A DNA stretch of 63,374 bases, the filler included, from Rhabdomonas costata (lineage: Eukaryota): the NCBI GenBank assembly GCA_019059605.1. It is 43 parts of 43 records of this genome, joined end to end, with 100 filler letters (N's around TTAATTAATTAA, not from the genome) between each part and the next. Parts side by side here need not be neighbours in the genome. Positions count along the whole stretch, not along the records: positions 36,910 to 38,285 come from JAHMHO010017783.1; positions 38,386 to 39,761 come from JAHMHO010017784.1; positions 39,862 to 41,237 come from JAHMHO010017785.1; positions 41,338 to 42,713 come from JAHMHO010017786.1; positions 42,814 to 44,189 come from JAHMHO010017787.1; positions 44,290 to 45,664 come from JAHMHO010017788.1; positions 45,765 to 47,142 come from JAHMHO010017789.1; positions 47,243 to 48,619 come from JAHMHO010017790.1; 35 more parts are not named here. One strand, 5' to 3'. Position 1 is the first letter of the stretch. The number at the start of each line of letters is the position of its first letter. Positions 37,170 through 49,371 of this stretch are shown here, in pieces. Both the position numbers and the translations under genes were made by a program. The notes under the pieces are model-generated. The model had not been told where the DNA came from. It ran no database searches and saw only the letters and a list, made by a program, of their open reading frames with translations.

Positions 37170-38235
37170 GAGTCATTGTGTGGTCTAATGCGGTCTTTTG
37201 GTCGATTTTCTGAACAGTCCGGCATGCTTCCCGATAAGAGAAAGAATTGTGTGTGTTGGCAAACCGTCCGCCTGGTCCCATGCGGGTGTGCCAGCAATGA
37301 CCTGTGTGTGTGTGTGTGTGTATGTGTGTGTGGTGTGTGCTCGAGCTCGGGGGTTGTTCTAAGCTGTGTCCAGGGCATGCCTTTTCATTTTGCTCCGTCC
37401 TCCTATGGGCTCAGTTTTTCTCCAGCCGTTGAGGAGGTACAGTGTTCCCCCATTTGCCTGCGGTATACACACCTCCACACACACGAAGACACAGCCCCGA
37501 ACGGCACACACTTCAAGGATAGTGCAACACCCACAATGGCAGGCACTCCAAGACCCTTTTTTCGCTGCTTGATTGGACACCCACGCGTTGAACGCAACAC
37601 TGTGTGTGGGCTGGTGCCCTCAATGGGTTGGTGGCAGTTTTCCTTCCCCCTTCATCTCCTTCATCATCTCTGCCATTTTGCAGGTGTGGTGTACCTCAGG
37701 TAATCCAATTTGGCAGCAAGACCTGGATGTTAGGTGTTGGTAAGTGGTAAGTGTCGTGCGATGCATTGGAGGGGGAACAACATTAAGCGGAGAGTTGCGA
37801 AACTTGGAGTTTTGCATTGCTTACCTTCCCTCAGTATTTCCGGTGTTGTAAAGGGGCTTCAAGTGACTCTGCCTAAAAAGTGCGATGAATGGTACCCCAG
37901 GGGATGGCACACCAAAGGTGCAGAGTTGTTTTAGTGGCGAAGGTCCAGCTGCAAGACTCCTGGAGAGAAGCATAATGGCCGGGTCTCGGACAAGACTACC
38001 AAATCGGGGTGGACAGAACATTCGACTGGTGCCTGCTTTGGGAATCGCAAGCAGAAGAGCGCAGTTACCCCTCACCGCTGTTTTCTGTCGCTACAGACTT
38101 TTCTTTCTCTGTCCTCCCCCCCTCCCTGCCCTTTTCTCCCTCCCTTCCTCCCCATTTGCCCTGCCACGTATGGTGGTCCTTGACTTGCGCTCCAGCATTT
38201 CTGTGATCTGAGAGGTGACCCTCTTCGCCAAGCCG

Positions 38236-38285
38236 ATGGAGAACTATCGCAGGGGCGAGAAGCTCGGTCACGGCGGGAACAGCTG
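38236..38285 (+). CDS. Possible start of a protein kinase (Gly-rich loop), cut by contig end
   Basis: MENYRRGEKLGHGGNS resembles kinase subdomain I (Y...EKLGxGxxx); only 16 codons. Confidence 0.4.
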
Positions 38286-38747
38286 NNNNNNNNNNNNNNN
38301 NNNNNNNNNNNNNNNNNNNNNNNNNNNNNTTAATTAATTAANNNNNNNNNNNNNNNNNNNNNNNNNNNNNNNNNNNNNNNNNNNNTGTGTTGAGAGAGTT
38401 TGGGGTTGGGGGTGAAGTCCATGAGCGATTTAAAGTATGTCCGTTGCATCCTTTTGTCATTGCAAGGAAGGCATTTTGTGAGCGATGGTTTCCTGTGATC
38501 AAAACATCGTGGTGAGCGTGTAATTGTGAGAATTATTGCAACCTGTGCGAATAGATCTTCGCAACTCTTCCGCTTGTTACTCTTGATACGATGTGAGAGC
38601 TCGCTGACCAACGCGGCTGCCTTGCGTTTCTGATAGGAAGAGGGTCAATATGTGTGGACCACCGCAGGTGTGGCGCGTTGAACGCATTGGTGAGGTTTTC
38701 GAAATACGTTCCCATTATGGCGGAAGCGTGCTTCCCGCGTTTCACAG

Positions 38748-39576
38748 GTTGGGAGATTGCGTGCTGAAGCGGGGAACGATTATGTTCTCCGACATCCGCA
38801 ACTTCACCACCCTCTCGGAGCGGATGGGCCCGCGGCAGAACTTTCAGTTTTTGAACCGCTACCTCCACGAGGCCGGGCCATGCATCCGCACCAAGCATGG
38901 GTTCATCGACAAGTTTCTGGGCGATGGAATCCGAGGTATCCGAGGCGAACCAATTTCAACGGCACAGCCACAGTTCATTTTGCAAAGCTCTCCTAACGAC
39001 ACAGGGGGCCAGGCCCCGGAATCCCTACTTTGTCAATTCCTTTGCTTGCGGTGAGGTCTTTTGATATGCTCGGTGGCCGAGCTAATAAATTTGGCTTTTG
39101 CTGTGTTGGTTGGTCCCACAAGACTTTTTCGCCCCACTGCTGATTATTGATCATTCTGTTTTATTCATATAGGCAGATTAAGAGTTACAAACAAGTAGAA
39201 ACTGTTTTTTTTCATCCGGTAAAGCAGAGGGCAATTACAAATGAAGGTGCGATATTCATGTGTATATGTTTGTTAATCTTCTGACTGCGCGCTTCTCGTG
39301 CTCTATTTCAGCCTGCTCCCGCGCAAACACTATCATAAGGCTTTCTTCGATCTTATTGGCTGCAACTGAGTGGGTCCTCGTGCCTTGTTTTACTCTCTTT
39401 CGCTGCTGGCTTTTAAAAAAGCCATCTTTCTGGATGCCAATGAGGCCGTCGAGGGAGCGCTGGCCCTGCTGAATGCCGTGGAGAACCTGAACCAAGAGCA
39501 GGCCAACTCCGCCTTTGCGTTTCAGATCGGGGTGGGCCTGCACACCGGGGATGTCCTGCTGGGTACCATCGGGGAG
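38748..39576 (+). CDS. Class III adenylate cyclase catalytic domain; exons 38748-38935 and 39422-39576
   Basis: LGDCVLKRGTIMFSDIRNFTTLSERMGPRQNFQFLNRYL...GFIDKFLGDGIRA|IFLDANEAVEGAL...QIGVGLHTGDVLLGTIGE; both metal-binding Asp and the ATP-specifying Lys (DK) are present. Confidence 0.95.
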
Positions 39577-39755
39577 GTAGTATCCTTCCTGTAATTATGC
39601 GTACACCCGTGATTTAGGTTTGACATTTTCAGGCTCATTAGATTGAGAATTCCGAAGTCATCATCTGCATTCCAATTGTGAGCCTGAAAATGTCAAACCT
39701 AAATCACGGGTGTACGCATAATTACAGGAAGGACACTACCTCCCCGATGGTACCC
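39561..39755. repeat. Contig-terminal fold-back inverted repeat (39561-39637 / 39679-39755), includes the exon end
   Basis: 77-nt arms, 1 mismatch, 41-nt loop. Confidence 0.92.
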
Positions 39756-39921
39756 AACAACNNNNNNNNNNNNNNNNNNNNNNNNNNNNNNNNNNNNNNN
39801 NNNNNTTAATTAATTAANNNNNNNNNNNNNNNNNNNNNNNNNNNNNNNNNNNNNNNNNNNNGTGTTGGGTGTGGTTGGGTGTTTGGGTGGATATGTGTAA
39901 AAAGCAAGTGATCCATTTCAA

Positions 39922-41237
39922 CCTGACAGAGAGGTGCTCGAGGTATCTGATTGGGTGAAGGAAAGCGTGAGCGAGCTGCTGGAGGAGGCTGAAGAACTCA
40001 GCGTATGGGTCAGCGTCTCCGAAGGCACGAGGCTGCGAAAAAACCGGGGACAAAGGGTAACCAACAGGGTCGCCGAGAGAGCGGGGGAAACTTGGGACCG
40101 AGTATAAGGCACCGCAACCCACTTCCAAGTCCGCAGAGCAAGACGCACAGTTGGGGGGGGAATGGCCAAGGCAGGACCTGAGTGTGGAGGAGATTGTGTC
40201 TTCGGATGTACCTGAAAGCGAAAAAAGCGAGAGCGAGCGAGAGAGAAAGCACCCAGGTCAGGCTCCCTTCATAATTTCAGAACCTCTACACTGCGTGACT
40301 TGGGTCTAAATCCTGCCCGTGCGTGAGAAAAACAGGTCCAAAGCAACTGGACATCACGATAGAGCTTGCATCGGAAGTTTCAGGGTCACACTACCTTACG
40401 CTTCCCGCTTCCCCGTCTGCCCTCTTCAAGCCACGAAGAAAGATGGAAGAGGAGTACACAGCAAATCGGTCTTCCAATGGAACAATAAGGAATTCTGTCA
40501 CCCGGACTTCGGGTGGGTGTGTGGGTGAATGGAGTAATCAGACTGCCAGGACCCTCTAATCTCTCGGAAATCTCGAACAAGAACAAAGGAAGGAAGCTGC
40601 TTCAGAACTGCTGGACTCATGTAACATACGCGTCCTCGTGAGGGAGGAGCTCAAGGTGGCCGACAGGCTGGAGAAGGAGACGCTCTGGGACTCAGACTGC
40701 GAGTCAATGGACGGGGTCAAACACACATGGTTGAGGAAACGCATACGCATGCTTCCCCCCTCCCATCATTGGTCCCTCCCGGTTATTTTTTGCCATCACC
40801 CGCCCAACCATTTGGCTGCACATGTTTTGACTAACTCCGCAAGAGGACAGGCAGAAGTGAACAACACAGACACTGGCGCATGATGCCGATGCTATCAATT
40901 TCGAAAACAATAGGCAGTTGACAGAAGGGTGGCGATCAGGAGTAAACTCCTGAATGCCGTGGTGGCGGAAAGATCTCTTTCAACAGCCGCTCGGGCCGTT
41001 AATACACACCACTCCGCTGAATTCGAAAGAACAGGGAGTGCTCTGAAAACCCCCCAACAACACGAGAAGAAATGTCATACCAACCGCAGAGAGACTGATG
41101 ACGAGCGAGAGGGTGTCGCTGTTGAAGATGGGGTAGGCGTGGGGGTCGGAGTGGGCGTGGGCGTTGGCGTCGGGGAAGGAGAGGGCGTCCTTGTGGCAGT
41201 CGCGGTCCTAGTCGCCAACGCCCACGCCCACCCCCCC
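39922..41237 (-). CDS. Ser/Thr/Pro-rich mucin-like protein exons (limits approximate)
   Basis: TRTATATRTPSPSPTPTPTPTPTPTPSSTATPSRS; SESQSVSFSSLSATLSSSLTRT; SLVPSETLTHTLSSSASSSSSLTLSFTQSDTSSTSLS, with CAG/GT boundaries. Confidence 0.55.
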
Positions 41238-42815
41238 NNNNNNNNNNNNNNNNNNNNNNNNNNNNNNNNNNNNNNNNNNNNTTAATTAATTAANNNNNNN
41301 NNNNNNNNNNNNNNNNNNNNNNNNNNNNNNNNNNNNNGTGTGTGTTTCACACCCTGGTCAGTGTTGGGACTTAACGGAACTATTTTCTCAATGCTGGTGA
41401 AAAAGAACTTTGATCATTGATACACATTGACAGGGGTAATTTAGAGGCAATTTAGGGGTTCAACAAGTGCAAAGTTCAGCAGAAGGTGCATCTGTAAAAG
41501 CGGTGAAATTTCTGGTCTCAGCAAATGGTTCCACTGCGACTGGCGGGCTGTCAGGACTTCACCTTCCAGGCGACTCTTAGCAGTTTTCTGGACCAGCAAA
41601 ACCCCTGCCATATACCAGCGGGTTACGCATCGCACGGGGCTGAAGATGATATGTGAGTTTTCCTGATCCCATTCTCCATTCTCTGTACCCTAAAAGTGGT
41701 GTGAGACACCCAACGGCAGATTGTAGCTGCCATTGCCGAACAGGAGTGGAGAAGGAGAGGGAGGCAACGGATTTACACAGTGAGAAAAAGAGAAGCACAG
41801 AGGTGTACATGTCGTTGAAGGGCTACAAGGAAGGAAAAGAAACCAGAGGGAAACCCAACACGCCACTATACACACGCCACTATTGAGATGGGGGGATTGT
41901 ATTGACAGCAGCTCAGGGAAAAGAGCTGTTGTGAAGCCCATCTATCCACAGTGGCACGCACCCACACACCCACCTACGCATTCGCCCCCAACAACCGTAC
42001 ATCACACACTCGCACACCCGCGGGCACACGCGCACACAGAACCGCCCACAGCATAACCGCGGAAAGGCACGTCCGTTAGGCTGGGAAGGTGCAAAGTTGG
42101 TATGGAAGGGCCCGGCTACAGACAGTGATGTCTTTTGACGCTCAGCCGTCATGAACTAAAGCAAACAACACCTCACAAGTGTGAAAATAATGCACCGCAA
42201 CTTCCATAATGCACTTTATCACAGTGATGTTCAATCGAAGGCTTTTGGGTGTTGAATAACCCTTTTACCCTTAAGTCACAAGTACTTCATGTTGTAACCT
42301 GTTTTTGCTCATTCACTTCCAGTACTGCGGTCTCGAGTAGTCGTATTGTTTACCAACCTTACTGAAGGTTGACGGTGCTCTGGTCCACGTAGGCACATCA
42401 GCCACCTTGAGGAAACGAAACGCCAATTCAGGCGATATAAATCATAGCCAGGCATTTACTAGATGAACCTATATCCAATAATGCGCAGACAGACGTACAT
42501 CACCGATCTGCACGCAGACACACACAGACTCACGCAAGGGGGGAAGAACAAAACCGGTAACAACTACTGCGCACAAAAAGGAGGAGCAAATAGTTCACAG
42601 CAACGGCACACCGCAAGCGCAGCCAAGACAAAAAAGCACACAACATTGCTACTCAGAAACAACAAGCACAATATTACATTGTTAGCATGCAAGCTTCTTC
42701 CCAAACAAAACACNNNNNNNNNNNNNNNNNNNNNNNNNNNNNNNNNNNNNNNNNNNNTTAATTAATTAANNNNNNNNNNNNNNNNNNNNNNNNNNNNNNN
42801 NNNNNNNNNNNNNAC

Positions 42816-43013
42816 CTCACTGAAGCTAGCAGAGGTGGGAGACAGGTTGGCAATGAGCATGATCTTGGAGCCAGGGTCGATGAACGAAGAGCGGAGCAGA
42901 CGTGTGAGCTTAGAGTCCCTGTAGGGAATATGCTTAGAGCCCATGTACAGCCCGTTCACCACGTTGCCCAGGGCGGACAAAGATTTGTTGATGTGCTGAG
43001 CTTCCTGAAGAGC
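42816..43013 (-). CDS. Kinesin motor domain exon
   Basis: [16 protein letters not shown]...[16 protein letters not shown]...[12 protein letters not shown] acceptor, GT donor. Confidence 0.96.
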
Positions 43014-44532
43014 CTGCGTGGGACCAAGTGGTGAAAAGAGGAAAAGAGGGAAAACGTGCCTCGGCGATGAAATGGCGAGGCTAGTACCCTCCTTCGGGGG
43101 CTCGCGCTCACTTACAACCACTTCTCCTCTTCCCCCCTTTTGACCATTCTTGTTCCGTGTTCCCCCTTGTTAATTCTGTGTTATTTTTTTCTGTGTTATT
43201 CCCCACTGCTTGTACTCTTCTTCGTTTTTTCCCCATGTGATGCGCGTCCGTGCGCCCCTTTCTGCCTGCCAATTCACTCGGCCACCCTGCCTGGTAGAAT
43301 CCCTTCTCTCAGTTCTCTGCCACACCGCACCCCGTCAGTGCGGGCATGCGAGAATTGGCGACTGATTATCCCTAACAAAGCGTCATTGAGGACTTGCAAT
43401 CATGGGGCCGGGAGGAGCACAAAATGGGTGGACCGAGGCCAAACCACAGAACAGCCAAAGTGTGGTAGCACACCTTGCCTTCCACCCCAGAGCGCTTAAC
43501 GCGCTCGGAACCCGCCAAGTCCTGTGAATTAGCATAATAAGAAAAAAGGAAGTTGGTCCAAATCGACGAGAGAACCCAATGGTTGAAGAAATCGGCTCCC
43601 GTACCACAAGGCAAAGTCTTGAAACTTTGGCGTTAGCGCTCTCGTTCCCAGAGTCCGCCTCGGGATGCTCCAACGGATTGGAGTCGGGGTTCTCCCTGGG
43701 ACACTAAGCACGGAAAGAAAAAGAGAGGCCTGAATTCTTCCTCATTTCGGCATAAAGCGGAATGAAGAAGGAATTGCAGTGGCACTGCACCTGAACTAAG
43801 TCAACGAAGAAAACTGCATGACTTCGAGAGGAGACATCGTTCATAGAGGTGGCCGTGACTGAAAAAAAAAGCACCGTAGCACCGGTTAGAGTGGCTCAGA
43901 TGCCCACGAATGAGCAGGATTCACGGAGGCGCACCAGTCCTTTCCGCAGTCGCAATCTTGTAGTAATGGTACACGGAATGAAGAGAGTCCACCTCGACCG
44001 TGGTGAGATTCGGAATTTGCACTGTATCAGGCAGAAACATGCCCCATGCATCAGTTAAATCGTTAAGCAAGAATCGTTAACAGTTCGGGTCACTTGCAAG
44101 AACAAGAATCCGAAATTAGACAGGGGGAGGAGAAACCGTCATCTTCAAGTTCACGCAGAGTGAGTTTGTTTTTCTTGGCCAACCCCCCCNNNNNNNNNNN
44201 NNNNNNNNNNNNNNNNNNNNNNNNNNNNNNNNNTTAATTAATTAANNNNNNNNNNNNNNNNNNNNNNNNNNNNNNNNNNNNNNNNNNNNGGTTGGGGTGG
44301 CGATTTACGCAAAAAGGCGACACGTACGGGGGTTGATTCCTCACCGCCCGCACTTGTGGCTTCTTCGCTTCTTGTGCAGGTCTATACCGCCAAAACCAAT
44401 GGATCAAACCGACACTTGCATTTTTCATCATTGCACAAGTTGCCCTTCGATTGTACTGTGATGGACTTTAGTAATCTCTAAGGCAAGAAACACACGTTTC
44501 CGAAGGAAACAAAATTTGACCAGGCTGAATAC

Positions 44533-45267
44533 CTTTTTGTCGTCGAACATGATTCGAAGCTCCGCAGTTGACAGAGCATGTCCAGGTAGCTCCTTTTCGG
44601 AAGCGTAGCTGCTGACTTGTCCGCGAGCAAGCCGCCCAGCTGTGCTGAAGTCCTTCTTCTGCATCTCTCGAGTGACGCTGCGGTTTTCGCTCTCCCGCTG
44701 CTTGCGCTCAAAAATTTCCTGCTGCAGTTGGTCCCGGTGCTCTGAAATGGTCTTCACATCACCTTTGCGATTTCTGCGGAAGGCAAGTGAAAAAACTGAC
44801 CGAAAAAGACTGCCAGAAAGAAGGAGTTCTCAGCGAGAGCAAAGTTTCGAATGCTCTGGGGAAGTGAACGTGCCTCATAGGACTCACTAAAGTTGGGAAA
44901 GGCAGTTGGGGTCGGGGGACGATGGATAAAAAGAAACGGTCTTCTCCCAGCTTTAACTCAAACCAAACATTTTGTTCAAAACCATATTTGTCCTTTTGTT
45001 CTGAGTCCGAAAGCCACTTATGGCAACCAGTTTTTAACGGCGGAATACGTGAGAGAAAGTGAAAACAAAGCGCACATGCGAACGGCAGGGCTGCGGAAAG
45101 AAAACTTGAAAATGGCGACATGTGGAGACAGTGGCCCCCAAGGACAGGAGAACAGGAGGAACCTGAGCTTTTCGGCCCAGTTAACAATTTCCTCCTCCTC
45201 CTCATCCCCGTTATCTTCATCGGCCTCTTGTTTGTCCGTTGAAATAGCCCCGTCGGGTGCATCACCC
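44533..45267 (-). CDS. Exons of an unknown charged protein (limits approximate)
   Basis: GDAPDGAISTDKQEADEDNGDEEEEEIVNWAEKL and KTISEHRDQLQQEIFERKQRE...RIMFDDKK, bounded by AG/GT. Confidence 0.45.
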
Positions 45268-46312
45268 TGAGTTGAGAAAAAATGTGACACTGAACAGGGG
45301 ACCCAAGAAATGCAATGCAAAAAAAAATAATGAGAAAACAGATGCAAAGTCTCCTCCCTTCACACTTCGCTGCTCACCTCACTGTCACCATTTTCGCCCA
45401 CAGGTGACAAACCAGCAAATCCAACACGAAGGATTGGAAGAGACACGCGTGAGTCTCAAAGGCCGCCCACTCCAACTAATTTCACTTGGGCGGTATTTTG
45501 AGACTCACCCATATATGCTTGCAGTTACAGTATCCACATGGAGCCTCACACACTCGTTCAGAGAGGGAGCGTCGGGAATCAGAAAGAAAAAACAGAAGCC
45601 TGCGCAACGCAAGAAAGCGTGAAAGGGATAAAAGACTCGGACCCAACAGAAAAACCAACAACACNNNNNNNNNNNNNNNNNNNNNNNNNNNNNNNNNNNN
45701 NNNNNNNNTTAATTAATTAANNNNNNNNNNNNNNNNNNNNNNNNNNNNNNNNNNNNNNNNNNNNGGTTTTGTGTGGCCTACCGGTCACGTCACCCCCGGT
45801 TCCTTAGAGGAGGGGAACTCGGCGTTGTGGTGCCGGGTATCAGTTGGGTTTGCGAAGGCGGTGGGGCGGCAACTGGCCAACACTGTGGTTTTGGCAGATC
45901 TGGAGCTGTAAGTCCCCCCTCCCTTCCCAACCCTCCCTTCGACCATAGAGTACATTCATGCGGGTTTTGTTGTACGTTTGTGCTTCCTACTCCGCCTTCT
46001 ATGCTGCTTTCTTTTCTCCTCTCGCTTCCGCACGCGTTTTTTTGCCCGCACTCTCTTTGAACCCCATCTCCATCTCCGCAGTGCCACTGACACGCACTTC
46101 CACATTCTCACCCTCCCATCTCATCCTTCCGACTTATGCTCACCAGCCTCTTCAGCTCCGTTCCCGCATCCCATATCGTCATGTGGCCCCCACTCGCGCT
46201 CCTTCTCTCCCCTTTCAATCCTTGTCCCCATTTGTTTTTCTCGTGTTAATAATGATGCTCCTTTGTGTCCCCAGCTCAGTGCCCTCATCTGCACATGGGG
46301 AAAAGTTCGCAC

Positions 46313-46527
46313 CTGAGTGACATGCCATCCAAAGGGCACGGGGTGAGCCACCCAGGCCGTGGGCCTCCCTCGTCCTCCTCGGGGTCCCTGCCTTCACTCT
46401 CGTCCTGGGTCTCGCGGTCATCGTCCTCCTCCTCTTCATCCTCGGTCTCGCCCTGCCCTGCTGCCCTGCCCGCTGCCAAATCCGAACTCCTGAACTCCGG
46501 TGATGATGAATCCACATCAATATACAA
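46313..46527 (-). CDS. Acidic exon of an unknown protein
   Basis: TTATCAG acceptor, LYIDVDSSSPEF...ETEDEEEEDDDRETQDESE...PCPLDGMSL, CAG|GTGCGA donor. Confidence 0.65.
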
Positions 46528-46867
46528 CTGATAACGGGAGCACCTACAAAGGTTTTGAGCTGGAGCCTGCGGAGGTGGTAAAAACTGTGAGTTCAAAACC
46601 AGCATCTGAGCCAACAAGACAAGAGCTCAGAAAATCTTTTTGAACACTGGACTTGTGAGGTTTTGCCGCTGACAAAATCTATCCAGATCAGGAGACAACC
46701 AAAAACAAGAAAAGTGTTTGCTTATCAAATATAACAACGGCAAGAAAAACAAGTGCGCAACAAGCAGAATTTGTTTTAAGCAAAGTAAAACGAGTTTCAG
46801 AGAGAATCCAAAACCAACACATAAATATATAAGTTGAAATAAAATGAAATTATAAAATTGGGGTTGA

Positions 46868-47137
46868 GGGCTAAGCCGAAGCAGGCCTCGGGTCTTTTGC
46901 ATATACAGCAGGCCTCCCGAAACGCTGCGTGGCCGGTCCTTGGGGTCAGGAGAGTCCCGACCTTTCACCCTCGGCCGGTGACGGTGCCGCTTGGCGGCTC
47001 TTTCGTAACCCTTTTGCGCCGCTTCTTGCCCACGCAGCGGAGGGTTTACGACAGCACCCACAACGTACTTTACAGCGAACCACCCACGCCGAAAGGGGCT
47101 CGGCAACTGGCTCATGGCTGCCTGTAGCCCACAAAAA
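46868..47137 (-). mobile_element. Structured dispersed element, copy B (most complete)
   Basis: Nearly identical to 62364-62619 over ~250 nt; lies upstream of the minus-strand acceptor at 46528. Confidence 0.92.
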
Positions 47138-48720
47138 ACACCNNNNNNNNNNNNNNNNNNNNNNNNNNNNNNNNNNNNNNNNNNNNTTAATTAATTAANN
47201 NNNNNNNNNNNNNNNNNNNNNNNNNNNNNNNNNNNNNNNNNNGGGTGTTGGGGCTGAAGAATTCATTTTGAAGAGCCTGCGATGAATAGAAAGGAGGCTA
47301 AAAATACATTTTCCAACACCGCTTCGTCACACAACCTATTGCGACCGACTTAAGCCTGGTGTCAGGAAACAGTGTTGGTACTGACTGCGCAGGTTCAAAC
47401 CAAACTTGCTTCCAACGTATTGCTTTTTCAATTTAAATGGGTTTTCAAGCTCCAAAGCCAAGAGAGGAAAACTCCTTAGTTGCTGAGCTGGGGCACAGTG
47501 GATCGAAGTCGCACTGCAATTTGCCATAGCAGGTGTGCTTTCAAGTTAATGCAATTGACAAACTCTACGGCGTGACAGCAGAAGTTCAGGGTTCTGCGAA
47601 AAAGAGAGAAAAGATTTGCGGAACATGAAAATGGCTCTAACGTGGGAAGTACCATTTTTGTACAGTATCCCCTCGAATCACTGCCGCTTACAACGGACCC
47701 GGTTGATCGGTCCTTGGTACAAGCCGTAGCGTCGTGTCAGATTCCCCTCATGCTCTTCCTCAACCTGAATGACATGGCCACGGCCAAAAACTGCTCCATG
47801 TTTCGGGTACCGCCCCTACTCGTGCCTCGAGACCTCACCCAGCCAATGTCCAGCTACTCAAGGTCCCTTATTACGCACCACAAGTCTCGCCTTGGGCGTG
47901 CGTCAACCGCAAGGTCTGGATTTACCCACCGACGGTTTTGATGGCAGCTATGCGGGGGTCCACCGAACAATGAATCCCACCGGGCGAACGCTCCAAAAGG
48001 ACGGAATACAAAAGCAACGTGGGTGAATGCTCTGGCCAGATAATCCAGATTGCAGTCTTCTAGGCCAACGCGCAAAAGTTCAGGTCACGACACAATAGAC
48101 CAAACGGAAAAATTACAATCATTGGCAAGAAAAAGGAAAACGTGGGGGAGGGGGGGAGACAGAACTACAGAACTAATTACAAGACCACACGCACACACAC
48201 ACCAGAAGAGACACACGGCACAAAAAAGAATGGCAGAGAGTGGTTTTCTCTCATTCTCTCAGACTGGCCCTGCGGGGTGAGGGCCTCCTCCAAGTTGACC
48301 GGATAGTGCTCGAGGGAGGAGGGGATGTCAGAGAGAGAAAAGAAAAATACTATGGCTGCCCCTTCGATTCCACGACCACGGGAATGGAAAGCGACTCGCC
48401 ACCACGGCGAATCTGCAGCGTGATCTGCTCCCCTGCAGAACAACATCACAACGATGGATGCAGAAGCGTGCATCTCCAGTACACGTGTACCCCCTTTTGA
48501 ACACCCTCCGTTGACACTCCGTTGACACGCATTCCAAAAGAATGCTGCATAGAGTCTACTGTCTGGTCCGATTTCCGTAGTCATCCTGCTGCACAGACCA
48601 CCCTCATGAAGGTGTCGAGNNNNNNNNNNNNNNNNNNNNNNNNNNNNNNNNNNNNNNNNNNNNTTAATTAATTAANNNNNNNNNNNNNNNNNNNNNNNNN
48701 NNNNNNNNNNNNNNNNNNNG

Positions 48721-48815
48721 GTTTTTTGAACTACAAAGACCAGATGCCCCCCCCAGAGACTGTCTCGGCCTCCCGGGACAAGGTGCGGGCATCTGGTCTT
48801 TGTAGTTCAAAAAAC
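48721..48815. repeat. Contig-terminal fold-back inverted repeat (29-nt arms, 37-nt loop)
   Basis: GTTTTTTGAACTACAAAGACCAGATGCCC / GGGCATCTGGTCTTTGTAGTTCAAAAAAC. Confidence 0.9.
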
Positions 48816-49371
48816 TGAACACTGAGCACCGAAGCCCCTGGGGCAATTGACAAGAAAATTTGCAAAGAAAAAAGAAGTACGGGTCAAAAATTGCATAAAA
48901 GAGAATGGCATTGCTGAGGTTCAGTCCCCTTTATATTCTCTGCCTCTGCCATATTGTGTGTGGGGTCTTTTTCTCAGTTCCCAGCGATTGTGATTGTCCG
49001 TGTATCTTTCGTGCGCCGAATGCATTTGCCTCAGGAGCGTTTGCGAGTTCCTTCTTCACAATGCAACAAGAGTCTTAGCATCGGATGTTTAGGCTCTCCA
49101 AAGCCGCTTCATGGGGGTTTCAGGTTCCTTCCATGCTCCGGATGCCAGCTCCTGACCTCCTCGGTGTTTTCATGCTTGGCGGATCCTTTTAGCTGGGCCT
49201 GCCTAGCGTGAGGGTAACTGAAATGCTGGGAGCTTTTGGGAAATCTGTGCCTTACCACGTCACAGTAACACTTTCATTCTCTTCCTCACTCATTTCCTTT
49301 GAATGGGTGTGCACGCGCGGAGTGCCTATCTGGTTGAGCTTCCGCCGAGGTGTGCTGCGCTTTTTTCTCAG

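Noticed and set aside
38936-39421. Possible non-canonical (euglenid-type) intron in the cyclase gene
   Set aside because: It resolves as a normal GT...AAG intron giving GDGIRAIF; no non-conventional intron could be demonstrated in this window.
39862-39890. G/T-rich contig ends as telomeric repeats
   Set aside because: No fixed repeat unit, and they occur at most contig ends; consistent with amplification primers.
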